Part shown: positions 45,378 through 54,943 of the stretch, piece by piece
How the letters are laid out: every line of letters starts with the position of its first letter
Position numbering within the stretch: the stretch's first letter is position 1
Origin: a virus
Direction: 5' to 3' (one strand)
Length of the DNA stretch: 64,000 bases
IMG/VR virus record: IMGVR_UViG_3300042561_001059
Span: 19,535-83,534 of that record
Position numbers and translations under genes: made by a program
Notes under the pieces: generated by a model
Told to the model about the DNA's origin: nothing
Seen by the model: the letters and a program-made list of their open reading frames with translations, nothing else
The model's database searches: none

Positions 45378-45449
45378 ACTCTTTAGTTGCCGTTACCTTA
45401 TTCTAAGATTCCTAAGCCAATCTTAAATTTTAAAATTTCATAAAGACCC

Positions 45450-45477
45450 TTGACAGAACCTTTTATATCGGTAGTGT
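45450..45477 (+). promoter_or_regulatory. Sigma70-like promoter
   Basis: TTGACA-16 nt-TAGTGT upstream of ATG 45502. Confidence 0.5.
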
Positions 45478-45501
45478 ATATCTGAACACGCCCTGATTTT
45501 T

Positions 45502-45774
45502 ATGGCGGCATCAACAGGTTGGGTTTCAGCCAACAAAGCGTGCGAGTCCCTGGGACTGGACAAAAAAACGCTCTTCAAAATGCGCGATGATGGAACCCTT
45601 CGTTTGGGACCCCATTATGCCGCATTTAAAGATACGTTCTCCCGTGACTCCTATCGCTGGAACCTTAATAGCGTGCGGAAAGAACTAAGGAAAAAGGGGA
45701 TTGCGTTTGCTGATCCTCTTTCTTCGGTAGGTACAACCCTTTCCTCAACTGATACGCAAGCTGTAAATCAGTAA
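45502..45774 (+). CDS. Excisionase-like winged-HTH protein
   Basis: WVSANKACESLGLDKKTLFKMR..GPHY..YRWN. Confidence 0.65.
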   Translation: MAASTGWVSANKACESLGLDKKTLFKMRDDGTLRLGPHYAAFKDTFSRDSYRWNLNSVRKELRKKGIAFADPLSSVGTTLSSTDTQAVNQ

Positions 45775-46105
45775 GGTTCAAGGAAACCTTTTGTGTTTCA
45801 ATAGCCTTATTCAATTTGCTCTTAATCTTTTCAAAGCAGTCTTCAATATCTGAAGGCTGCTTTTCTTTTAGCTGAAATAAAAATGTCCACTGAGGATGTA
45901 TTGGTTTGATTTCTTTCTTTTTGGTACAGATTTTAATTGTGTTATTTAAATTCCATTTAAAATCTTTTAACTCTTTCGGATGAACGCCGTAGGTAGCGAT
46001 CATCCCATAGAGCCAGGCTGCCGAACCAAAACCTTTAATTCTAGATAGCTGAAAGTAGTCGTCTACTATCGCCTGATCAGGCGGCGGGGGATGGATTGGT
46101 TTCAT
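45665..46105 (-). CDS. Truncated, degenerate tyrosine-recombinase-like protein
   Basis: WLYGMIATYGVHPKEL resembles cyanobacterial integrase WxxGxxATYGLRPxE with Arg replaced by His; TDLQLAY where HxxR is expected; no catalytic Tyr region. Confidence 0.5.
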   Translation of the reverse strand: MKPIHPPPPDQAIVDDYFQLSRIKGFGSAAWLYGMIATYGVHPKELKDFKWNLNNTIKICTKKKEIKPIHPQWTFLFQLKEKQPSDIEDCFEKIKSKLNKAIETQKVSLNLTDLQLAYQLRKGLYLPKKEDQQTQSPFSLVLSARY

Positions 46106-46210
46106 TGGTCTCTGGCGTGTAGGCCAATCAAACCTTAAACCTTACCAGGCCCAGGGACGCATATAAAGGAAAATCTTTTTGAGTCTTAATAGACTCAATA
46201 CAAGTATACA

Positions 46211-47737
46211 CTAATTCAACATTGTAAAGTTTTCTATTAATATTTTATTTGTTGCAATGTTAAACAATTTTTGAATTACGGGAAACAAAATAGGAGACTG
46301 AGCATTATAAGGAGGAACATCCATAACAGAAAGAGAACGAACAGTTTTTAAATATTCTCTATCTTTTTGAATTTTAATTTCTGTTTGTTTTACAAGTTTT
46401 TGCTCCCATTCAACCATGCCAGTAATTCCTACAGGAAAATCAGACGGTTCTGGAGGGAATAATTTATCTCTAAATTTAAGGGCGTAAATATGTTTGCAAT
46501 ACCTCAACTCGTCTAGTAGTGGTGTCCAGTTATCTGAAATCGAAAGAATAACGTCTTGGGGAATTGAGTTGCCATCAGTCACTGATAAAAATGAACTGTA
46601 ATCATCGTATCCAGGCATACCTTCTGCTGTAGATCCAGGAGTAGAAATGTTAGAGGTACTTCTTTTATAGATTGAACCAAACTCTCTATATACTCCAGGG
46701 TTATCTCGTGTTGCCTTTAAATCTGTGTTAGATGCATTAGTAACCGTGTAATCTAATTCAAATCCTTTAGGTGCATAAATATCTAAATTACGATTTACAC
46801 CTGGTTCGGTCATTGCACTGTTATCAACAACACCGTCAACTTGAGTAACCTCAAAACGACCCGGCTTAATAACAGATGCTCTTGTTCGGGGAAATTGCTT
46901 TTGATTTGAATTTGATTGACCCATTACAAATGAATAATCTCTTCTTGTAAAATCTTGACAAGTGCATGCGTACCTCGAACCTGTGATCAAGAATCTTCCC
47001 GGAGTAAAGCCAACGGGAGAGGGTGAAATAAATTGTTTATCCGGTGATACATAAACAGATCCAGCTTTTTTAAATGTCAAAACACCTGTATCTTGATTAA
47101 TTGCAACAACTACAGCTTGAACATATCCATATCTAGTTTGTGTTTGCGGGTTAATTGTATTACTTGTAATAATAATCCCATCTTCAACAAGAATGCGATC
47201 TTCAAAAATCTCTGTATTAGCAGGTTTTAAACCATTAATTTCCCCTGAAACTGGTATATAAAATGGAGCTGGAAGTGGGTTTGCAGAACTCCAAGTTCCT
47301 GCTAACTTTATATACCAATAAATTAAATCTTCTGTAACACTTTCAACGAATAGTTTTTGAGTGCTAACTGGGTCTGTTAGTTTATCTGTACGAACAGAAC
47401 CCGCATAACGCCAAATTGCCCAGTGCATCCCAAGTTCTTTATTACTTGTTGGAAAACCAACGAATGCGCCAGAAATTACAGTGTTTGGATTTCCAGGACT
47501 TGCGGTATTTGGTGCTTCATAATTAAATGAAAATGTATATTCGTTGTTATATGTGTAAGCATTTGCAAGTTCGTATCCTTTTCTCCACCTAGACCAAGCC
47601 GACTCTCTATTGGCAGCGTAGATTGAATCTGGAACACTACCCTTAGAGAATTCCGTTGTAATTGGCTTAATAATACCAGGATTAAATGGCTTTACTTTTT
47701 GGAAATCACCAAAGTTATTACCACTTTTTTTGGCCAT
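46211..47737 (-). CDS. Late-region protein with split SWIM-like motif
   Basis: CTCQDF ... about 150 aa ... YCKHIYA. Confidence 0.6.
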   Translation of the reverse strand: MAKKSGNNFGDFQKVKPFNPGIIKPITTEFSKGSVPDSIYAANRESAWSRWRKGYELANAYTYNNEYTFSFNYEAPNTASPGNPNTVISGAFVGFPTSNKELGMHWAIWRYAGSVRTDKLTDPVSTQKLFVESVTEDLIYWYIKLAGTWSSANPLPAPFYIPVSGEINGLKPANTEIFEDRILVEDGIIITSNTINPQTQTRYGYVQAVVVAINQDTGVLTFKKAGSVYVSPDKQFISPSPVGFTPGRFLITGSRYACTCQDFTRRDYSFVMGQSNSNQKQFPRTRASVIKPGRFEVTQVDGVVDNSAMTEPGVNRNLDIYAPKGFELDYTVTNASNTDLKATRDNPGVYREFGSIYKRSTSNISTPGSTAEGMPGYDDYSSFLSVTDGNSIPQDVILSISDNWTPLLDELRYCKHIYALKFRDKLFPPEPSDFPVGITGMVEWEQKLVKQTEIKIQKDREYLKTVRSLSVMDVPPYNAQSPILFPVIQKLFNIATNKILIENFTMLN

Positions 47738-47740
47738 TTA

Positions 47741-48520
47741 TCAGAAGAATCCACCCTGAGCAGTTACGTGAGCACCAGGAATATATCCGGAAATGTTAGG
47801 GCCGTCAGGGAAAACGCCAACGTAAATGCGATCGCCACGCTCTAAATAAATTCCTTTATTTCGTAAAGGAGAAGCATTACCAAGACCAGTGGTATTGCCA
47901 GCAGAAACAGTAGGGGCACTCAACTCAGGCATAACGTCTGAGCAGTCTACTCGCTGGGTATTTGCAGGGACTTGTTTTGCGAAGATAACTTTGTAATCAC
48001 CAGATGCGGGCACCGGGTTGGTCGTACCCCTGGTCTGATAGAAAACAAAAGTTACCTCAGGTTGATACGCATAATTAACCCCGTTAAACACAAAGCCACT
48101 ACTGGTACCACCCGAATAAACAAGCGAAGTATTAATTCCAGTTAATGTTGTTGCGCCTGTGTAAGTGTAGTAACCAAACCCACTTGCTGCTGGGGTAGAT
48201 AAAACGCCCGTTTGAAAAATTAAAACGACTTGACCACTGACAAATGAAACGACAGTTCCAGAGGTTGTAGAAGAAACAACGTAATCAGCATCCCTGTAGT
48301 AGTCGTTCCTGACAATAGAGATTGAATCAATTACGCCGCCATTATTATTATCTTCACTTAAAGAAGCATCCATGTCAACCAGGATTGCCGGGACCTGACC
48401 ACCCTGCACAAAGAGAGTGTTATTGGTTGCACTGCCAGCAATCTGAGTTGTCACCCTGACCGAATCGTAAAGCGGCCTGTCAATAAAGAGGGGACTTTTG
48501 TTGGTAGCGGTTGACGACAT
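47741..48520 (-). CDS. Putative virion structural protein
   Basis: Beta-rich T/S/G composition, late cluster. Confidence 0.6.
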   Translation of the reverse strand: MSSTATNKSPLFIDRPLYDSVRVTTQIAGSATNNTLFVQGGQVPAILVDMDASLSEDNNNGGVIDSISIVRNDYYRDADYVVSSTTSGTVVSFVSGQVVLIFQTGVLSTPAASGFGYYTYTGATTLTGINTSLVYSGGTSSGFVFNGVNYAYQPEVTFVFYQTRGTTNPVPASGDYKVIFAKQVPANTQRVDCSDVMPELSAPTVSAGNTTGLGNASPLRNKGIYLERGDRIYVGVFPDGPNISGYIPGAHVTAQGGFF

Positions 48521-48556
48521 GTAGCCTTACCTGATATTAGTTTTATTATAGGTTAT

Positions 48557-48820
48557 TTAGATGCCTGCGTATCCACTTAAATTCCCAAAAGGAGTATCGG
48601 GCATTTTTGCTGTTGAGCGGAAGAGTCTTTCTGGATCTCCTTGTAGAGCTAAAAAGTTTTGGAATAAATTAATATTTTCCTTCGGTTGAAATTTAAATCT
48701 TTTATTTCGTATATATTCTGTAGCTAACTGTGGATATTGTTGATATTCACTTAGACCAGCACGAGCCACGTCCCCAGGAAGATAGCCGTCGTAGTCAAGG
48801 TATTCAGAATAACGTGCCAT
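48557..48820 (-). CDS. Hypothetical protein
   Basis: Coupled ORF. Confidence 0.55.
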   Translation of the reverse strand: MARYSEYLDYDGYLPGDVARAGLSEYQQYPQLATEYIRNKRFKFQPKENINLFQNFLALQGDPERLFRSTAKMPDTPFGNLSGYAGI

Positions 48821-49491
48821 TATGCAAACTCCTCATCTTCAAAGAATTTACGATACGTATTTAAAAAAGTTTGGCTATCAGGAAGTGGCATGTCTTCTAC
48901 AGAAGAGAGACTTGGCATTGTTCCAACCATAGGTATATACTTCAAAATATTTTGAAGCAACGACTGCCCCTGCTGGTTCCCCTTCTCAACTTGAGTTGCA
49001 GCTACAGGTGCTACTGATTGCCCTGGTGCACCGCCAAGTTTTTCAAGAAGAGATTTTGCCGCCTTTGGATCTTTAGCAAAATAAAAGTTTCCGCGAGGAT
49101 CAAACATTACATCCTCGGGTCTTTTATTCTTCAGAAGAGATTGTCCCCTGAACTGAAGTGCGCCCCCATGCTTTTCAAGCACAGGACGCAACTTAGAAGG
49201 ATCTTCAAACTTCTGAAGCATCTGATCGTAACGAGACCCGTAAACCTTGCGGCCAAAACTAGGATCTGCTACTTGAGATGCGCTATAAGGATCGTTCGCA
49301 ACAAATTGAGAGGGAGCCTTAACAATGTCTACGATATTTTTACCGTATTTTCCCGTTTGTTTTCTTGAAAGAATTGTAGAAAAAACACCATAGGGATCTT
49401 GTCCAGGACCAGCCTCACCCAATGCTGTAAAAGCTGCAGCATAAAGTTCGGGGCTGGATAAACCTAAGAGCTGCGAAGTCTTTGGCGCCAT
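48820..49491 (-). CDS. SleB-like cell wall hydrolase domain protein
   Basis: ALGEAG..STILSR..YGKNIVDIVKAPSQF. Confidence 0.6.
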   Translation of the reverse strand: MAPKTSQLLGLSSPELYAAAFTALGEAGPGQDPYGVFSTILSRKQTGKYGKNIVDIVKAPSQFVANDPYSASQVADPSFGRKVYGSRYDQMLQKFEDPSKLRPVLEKHGGALQFRGQSLLKNKRPEDVMFDPRGNFYFAKDPKAAKSLLEKLGGAPGQSVAPVAATQVEKGNQQGQSLLQNILKYIPMVGTMPSLSSVEDMPLPDSQTFLNTYRKFFEDEEFA

Positions 49492-49726
49492 TTCAGTTTT
49501 TTCCTTATTCTCCTACCCAATTCGAATCTGCCTTAAGACCAGGGACGAATACTGCTTGAAGAGCCACAACTAAACTCAGTTTGGCAGTAAGACGGCGAAG
49601 GAAATTACGGCAAATAATCATTAGGTTAATGCAAGAACACTGGTCTCCGCAGATCAAAAGATCAATTACCCAGCAGGTGGACTTACCCACGAATGTGGCG
49701 CCAAGTAACCTTAGTTTACCAAAGGG

Positions 49727-50509
49727 TTATTTTAAGCGTCCTTCAAACGCACGCTTAAGCAACGCAAGTTGCGTCTGTGTTAAATCTTCAGAGGAAGGTG
49801 GTTTAATGCCGCGCTTAAACACATCCTCTCCAATCATTGTTGGAGGAATCTGACCTGGTGCACTTACGCCAAGTTGCTGTGCGTTTGCACCAAGGCCAAA
49901 GGCATTTATACTTGCGCCCTGAGCTGCTCCAGGGAATGGAACACCTGCTTGCTCACTGGCTTGTTGATAAAAGGTTTGCGTGATTCCAGGGATGTCCTTA
50001 CCAAAGACCTGAGAACCTGACATTGCTGCCGATGTTTGGTAACCTGTCTGCCCTGGACGTAAGCGAGAAGCAAGGCTTGGGTTTGTGGTGGCCCAGATCT
50101 GCAAACCAATCCGTTCTTTTTCTTCTGGTGTTGTAGCCGTGTTATATGCCTTTGTTAAGTCTGCAACTTGATATTTTTTAAAGAGCGGATCTTGCTCTGT
50201 CATCTGAGCGATACGAGAACGCTCTTGGCTTTCTGCTCTTTGCTCTGGGGCACTCATGGGCGGAGAAGCTGCTTGTGCAGGTGCTTTTCCCATCTCTTGA
50301 TATTGAGCAAACCTTTTATTGCGATCAGCTTCACCAGAAGGATTTCTTTGAAGAAACTCTGGGTTGACAACGGGACGATTTTGAATATTTGATATGTTCC
50401 CTCCAAATTCAGTTGTAATACCTGTACGTGGTAACAAACCAAACCTACGAAGCTGGCTCGTGATTCCCGTCGAAACGTTTAAAAGAGGATCAAAAGCAAT
50501 CATCGCCAA
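49727..50509 (-). CDS. Hypothetical (possible virion) protein
   Basis: 260-aa ORF coupled to the upstream gene. Confidence 0.6.
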   Translation of the reverse strand: MAMIAFDPLLNVSTGITSQLRRFGLLPRTGITTEFGGNISNIQNRPVVNPEFLQRNPSGEADRNKRFAQYQEMGKAPAQAASPPMSAPEQRAESQERSRIAQMTEQDPLFKKYQVADLTKAYNTATTPEEKERIGLQIWATTNPSLASRLRPGQTGYQTSAAMSGSQVFGKDIPGITQTFYQQASEQAGVPFPGAAQGASINAFGLGANAQQLGVSAPGQIPPTMIGEDVFKRGIKPPSSEDLTQTQLALLKRAFEGRLK

Positions 50510-50961
50510 ACCTGGTGTAAATAGATGCGAGAACCTACACTTGTATCGGCAGGACCTGGAAGCGCCTGAATAAATTCAGCACCAGATCTTTCATACCGAT
50601 AGCGTGCTTGAAAAGGATCTTTGTAGTTGGGAACGTAAAGAATATGTGCTAAACGATTTGTTTCGTACAGATAAATTTCATCCCAAACTTTTAATGCCTC
50701 TTTGGCATTACTAGAACGAATCGTACGATCAACGTCGCCTACGATATTCTCAACGCGAGTAGAAGGCGTGAGTGCAACTTCGGTTTTCTTTTCAGCCGTA
50801 TCACAACGACCTAATTGAATAACGATTTTGTCATAGAAGTACGAATCAGGAACTGTATTCATAGCTTCTTCCAGACGAGCGTAGTCACCCGCTGGAACAG
50901 AAACCACGTAGTAACCTAGATGGTACCTGACTCTACTTTTTTCAAAATCACTGAGCTGCAC
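50500..50961 (-). CDS. Putative head-tail adaptor
   Basis: LSDFEKSRVRYHLGY N-terminus, helical, positioned after the capsid genes. Confidence 0.5.
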   Translation of the reverse strand: MQLSDFEKSRVRYHLGYYVVSVPAGDYARLEEAMNTVPDSYFYDKIVIQLGRCDTAEKKTEVALTPSTRVENIVGDVDRTIRSSNAKEALKVWDEIYLYETNRLAHILYVPNYKDPFQARYRYERSGAEFIQALPGPADTSVGSRIYLHQVWR

Positions 50962-51001
50962 AGCTTGCGCCCTATTTAATTTTTATTATAAGTTGACGTA
51001 A

Positions 51002-51688
51002 TCAAGCAAATAGTTGCATTGCCTGTTCTGGACTAATTCCCATGGAAGAATAAGGAGTTAAAGTATCAAGCAATGATTGCTGTCTGTTTTGCTTTGCTTG
51101 ATTAAGTGCATTAGAAATTAAAACATCTTTTAAGGTCTGTTGCTTACCAAATAAAGCATCCATCAACCTATCATTTCTTTCTTTATTTTGTTGCGTATTG
51201 TCACCAGGGAGAGCTAGTGGGTTAGGTACTGCAGAAGAACCAACTGCTGCTTTCTGACCAGGTTCTGTGTGTAAAAATCTAATTTCGTAAGGATTACCTT
51301 GGGTATCTGTGGTTTGCAGTGATCCAAACCCTGCATCTGGTCTGTATGTTCCATAGCCTTTATAGGCGAGTGGTGTACCAGCGCTTAAGCTGATATCAAT
51401 ACCCTCATGAAAGGTTGAAGCTCCTGCCGTAGGTGCAGCCCTCTTACCGTATTCAGACGTAACTGGAAAATTCCACTTCCAATCTTGGCCTTGCTGTTGA
51501 ACTAAAGGGATTTGATCTTTACCAACTAAAACATTCTGAAGCAGAGTCTTAGCTGTTCGTGGATCAATCTTTTTACCTTTCTGAGCCCCAAACTGAGGTA
51601 TAACCCTTACGTCCAGGTGAGCACCAGTAGATGGAAATATGTCTTTACTTGGATCAACAATCCTACCCGCTGGAATTAAACCTGCCAT
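51002..51688 (-). CDS. M23-family peptidase-like protein, circularly permuted
   Basis: STGAHLD near the N-terminus precedes VTSEYGKR..FHEGID..FLH. Confidence 0.65.
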   Translation of the reverse strand: MAGLIPAGRIVDPSKDIFPSTGAHLDVRVIPQFGAQKGKKIDPRTAKTLLQNVLVGKDQIPLVQQQGQDWKWNFPVTSEYGKRAAPTAGASTFHEGIDISLSAGTPLAYKGYGTYRPDAGFGSLQTTDTQGNPYEIRFLHTEPGQKAAVGSSAVPNPLALPGDNTQQNKERNDRLMDALFGKQQTLKDVLISNALNQAKQNRQQSLLDTLTPYSSMGISPEQAMQLFA

Positions 51689-51710
51689 TATCTTGTTTTC
51701 TTTTTATTCT

Positions 51711-51739
51711 AAAACTAAAAACCCCTGGTTTCCCAGGGG
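51711..51739 (-). terminator. Intrinsic terminator
   Basis: CCCCTGG/CCAGGGG hairpin followed by a T-run on the - strand. Confidence 0.7.
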
Positions 51740-51756
51740 CGAACAGGAGATGTAGT

Positions 51757-52188
51757 TTAGACTCGAATTAAATCAGCGGCAAAAACCGAATCCCAATCAA
51801 CTCTTTTAATTTGGCGTAACTGTTCGAGGTTACTGAATCTTTCACCGGAAAGTGACAGTTGCAAATCTTTAATTTCTCGAGCAGTCTTGAGACCAATTCC
51901 CTTAATATGGTCTGCAATCATCTGTGCAGTAGCACCGTTGATATTAAGACGTGTATCGGGAGGGAAGTTGCGTGGCTCTTCGTTAGCCGCCTTATCTTTT
52001 ACCTGAAGAGTTTTTACTTTCTTTGTTGCAGGTTCGTCAGGCGAAAGTTCGGTTCTATAAGCGGTGTAAAGACGACCGTCCTGGTCTTCAACCATAAACC
52101 AATCGCCGTTATCCCATTCGCTAATGATTCGAACTCTCGCACCTGTTTTACAGTGACGATGTAAGATTTCTTCAGAAAGAATTGACAT
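51757..52188 (-). CDS. Helix-hairpin-helix (ComEA/PsbU-like) protein
   Basis: LNINGATAQMIADHIKGIGLKTAREI..FSNLEQL. Confidence 0.7.
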   Translation of the reverse strand: MSILSEEILHRHCKTGARVRIISEWDNGDWFMVEDQDGRLYTAYRTELSPDEPATKKVKTLQVKDKAANEEPRNFPPDTRLNINGATAQMIADHIKGIGLKTAREIKDLQLSLSGERFSNLEQLRQIKRVDWDSVFAADLIRV

Positions 52189-52225
52189 GGGACCAGAAAA
52201 TATGTCTGGTCCCAGTTTAGCCTAA

Positions 52226-53017
52226 TCAGCTAACAGTGCGACCCAGGAGGTAATCTTCGATGTCCTCGTAGCCAGGGGCTTCATCAGGTTGGATGTAGCA
52301 CACTTCAACAACGAAGTAGCCAGTGCGACCGGCGTTCTTGTCATCAGAAGAAATGTACCAACCACCAGAAGTGACGATACCAGTGGCAGTATCACGGGAC
52401 AGCACTTTATAAGTTGCTGCACCAGTGAGCTGCTTGTAGACGTTGCCAGCGTTAACACCAGCAGCACCAGTAGCAGTCAGAGCAGGAACTGCGCTAACAG
52501 AAGCCGAACCACCGGCAAAGAAGATTTCACCAGCTTGACTACCCGCAACAGTAGAAGTCAGGTTAGCTTGTGAAACAGCTTCACCGACGCCACCGCTGGA
52601 GGTCAGGCCAGTAGCAAAGGTCATGGTGTTACCAGTGGCAGCATAGATGCCAGAAGCAACACGACCGTCACCCCAACCGGAGGCAACCGAAATGGTAGCG
52701 CGATAAACGTAAACGGGAAGAGTGGAAGAACCGCTAATCACCATTCCAGTGATATCGGTACGGGTGTCATCGTTCCTGTAAGGGGAGGGAACAATAACAT
52801 TACCGGAAGCAATGGCGCCATCACCAGAGATATTGGTAACGGCAACATAACCACGCTGTTGGAAATAACGATAGCCAGGGATAGCCAGCACCGAAGTGGG
52901 GCCACCTTTCGAACCATCATTGCTGCCGCTGCCATCGGTATCAATGTTCTTGTACCAACCGTTCAGCGGTTCTGCCCAGTTGCCGGGGAAGATTTTTTTA
53001 GACGAGAGATAGGTCAT
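52226..53017 (-). CDS. Abundant virion protein (capsid decoration-like)
   Basis: Directly follows the MCP, with similar biased codon usage and G/S/T richness. Confidence 0.55.
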   Translation of the reverse strand: MTYLSSKKIFPGNWAEPLNGWYKNIDTDGSGSNDGSKGGPTSVLAIPGYRYFQQRGYVAVTNISGDGAIASGNVIVPSPYRNDDTRTDITGMVISGSSTLPVYVYRATISVASGWGDGRVASGIYAATGNTMTFATGLTSSGGVGEAVSQANLTSTVAGSQAGEIFFAGGSASVSAVPALTATGAAGVNAGNVYKQLTGAATYKVLSRDTATGIVTSGGWYISSDDKNAGRTGYFVVEVCYIQPDEAPGYEDIEDYLLGRTVS

Positions 53018-53051
53018 TTATTTCTCCGTATGGTTTATTTATGTTTACTTA

Positions 53052-54215
53052 TCAAACAGTGCCGTCGTCAGAAACGAAGCTGTAGGCAGTAGTGATGAAG
53101 TCTTTGTTAAGAACTTCGAAGCCAGCATACAGTTGCCAGATCAGAATAATAAAGCGACTGAAGTCGTCGTTATTGTTGATCAGCACCTGAGCGTTAGGAC
53201 CACCAATGCCAACACCAACGGCCTGGGGACCGAAGAAGAAACCTTGAGCAACTTCCTGGGCGCTGTAAGAAGCGATATCAGTGAAAGAAGCTTGAATGGT
53301 TTTGCTGGGGAAGTTGGTCGACTCGAAAAACTTCACGCCTTCAAACTGGACGCCAGTCGGCATGACGGGTTCACCAGCCAGGAAGTAGGCCTGACCAGCC
53401 TGCGGACCCATATAGAAGCTGGCATTGTTAGGCATCATGGGGTTGCCCATGTACATGCCTTGACCAGGGTTACCGGCGTAACGAGCGATCTCACGGAAGT
53501 CAGGATCACGACGCAGATGCATCATGAAAGTAGGATCGCAGATGCAACGATACAGACCATCAGTAAAGGTCGGAACGTTACGCTTACGCATATCCTTAAC
53601 AACAGTCAGCAGGTCGGTACGAACCGAAAACTGTTGAATATCTGCAGTGTATTGAGCGGCGGTGTAAGCGATTTGACCAGAAGAGTTTTTGGTCTTACCA
53701 CCAGGGAAGTAGTAACCACCTTGGCTGGTAGAAGCAGCGCCATTAGCTTCGGCTTTGGCAAGTTCGTCAATGAAGACGCGGTCACGCCAACGGCGATAGT
53801 CGTCAAGCAGAGTCAGGCTGCCGATCGACTGGTGGAACATGTTCAGGTTGCCGGTATCCAGCAGCAGGCGCTGGGCGGTAACCAGAGTTTCACGAGCAAT
53901 CTTAAAGGTAGAAGGCTGGGTCGGGTCGCCCGGATCAGCGGGGCCAGTGTATTCCTTAAGCACCACCAGGACTTTCTCCTTGGTGATGTTACGGCTATTG
54001 GCAGTACCAATGGTTTGGTCAGCAATACGCTCACGGCTGTCCTTAGTACCAGGGGTACCCCAGAACTTATAGCGATCGAGCTGAACGGTTTGACCAGGTT
54101 GACGAGTGAAGTCGTGAACAACAACAGGCTCTACGGCCATTTCGCAGATGTATGCCGGGTGGGGGCGATACAGTTCTGCACCCAAAATCTTGGGGAAATC
54201 GGTATCAAGAAACAC
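53052..54215 (-). CDS. Major capsid protein (N4 gp56-like, HK97 fold)
   Basis: GQTVQLDRY, LKEY, YRCICDP..LRRDPDF, GVKFFEST, FFGPQAVG, DDFSR..W; synteny after the scaffold. Confidence 0.85.
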   Translation of the reverse strand: MFLDTDFPKILGAELYRPHPAYICEMAVEPVVVHDFTRQPGQTVQLDRYKFWGTPGTKDSRERIADQTIGTANSRNITKEKVLVVLKEYTGPADPGDPTQPSTFKIARETLVTAQRLLLDTGNLNMFHQSIGSLTLLDDYRRWRDRVFIDELAKAEANGAASTSQGGYYFPGGKTKNSSGQIAYTAAQYTADIQQFSVRTDLLTVVKDMRKRNVPTFTDGLYRCICDPTFMMHLRRDPDFREIARYAGNPGQGMYMGNPMMPNNASFYMGPQAGQAYFLAGEPVMPTGVQFEGVKFFESTNFPSKTIQASFTDIASYSAQEVAQGFFFGPQAVGVGIGGPNAQVLINNNDDFSRFIILIWQLYAGFEVLNKDFITTAYSFVSDDGTV

Positions 54216-54309
54216 TTTAGTTTATCCTCCAGTACGCAGGACTTTGTCGGGTGAAAGATTCAGACAAGAAATGTCTTATCTAAAACAAATTTTAGCAGTT
54301 GATAATTTA

Positions 54310-54942
54310 TCAACTAATGTAACGCAAAGTAGGAGTACTTGCGCGTGCCATAGGTGTATTACTAGACCCCGCAAGTTCGGGATCAGTAATTACATTTTGA
54401 TTGAATCCAGGGAGACCAGTCATCTGTGCGATGTTTGAAACACCGCCACCAACCATGCCACCTAAGGCTCCAGCTCCTAATAGATAGCTGGGAATACCAA
54501 CGGCATTTTGAGCTGTCTGCATTCTTCGCAAACCGGTTTTCATGTCTGCTCTCATTTGAGCGGGATCGCCTCCTTCGCGCACAGCAGAGTTTAAAAAGTC
54601 TCTTACAATTTCAGCTTGTTTAATTTCTTGAGGAGACATTTCGGCCTTGCGTGCAACAGCTCCGGGATTCTGCAGGCTAACATTGCCAATGTTTCTCAAA
54701 GCACTTGTTGCGCTAGTGCGAAATCTAGGAATTTGACTTCCTAAGGCCGCTCCGAGTGCACCAGCACCAATAGCTTCAGTAAGTAAACGACCTTGTTCTT
54801 CTTTATTTGCCTCACCAGTTAACACATTACCGGCGGTTGCTAAACCACCGGCAAGTGCAGCACCAGCTAAGGCTGAAGGGATGGGTCGTTTGCCAATAGA
54901 AGCAGCGATATCGCTGGCATATTTACCGGCTAAATTGAACAT
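54310..54942 (-). CDS. Gly/Ala-rich (glycine-zipper) protein
   Basis: ALAGAALAGG, GAGALGAALG, GAGALGGMVGG. Confidence 0.6.
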   Translation of the reverse strand: MFNLAGKYASDIAASIGKRPIPSALAGAALAGGLATAGNVLTGEANKEEQGRLLTEAIGAGALGAALGSQIPRFRTSATSALRNIGNVSLQNPGAVARKAEMSPQEIKQAEIVRDFLNSAVREGGDPAQMRADMKTGLRRMQTAQNAVGIPSYLLGAGALGGMVGGGVSNIAQMTGLPGFNQNVITDPELAGSSNTPMARASTPTLRYIS

Positions 54943-54943
54943 C

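Noticed and set aside
53133-54254. 373-aa + strand ORF
   Set aside because: Antisense shadow of the codon-biased major capsid gene, with no protein motifs.
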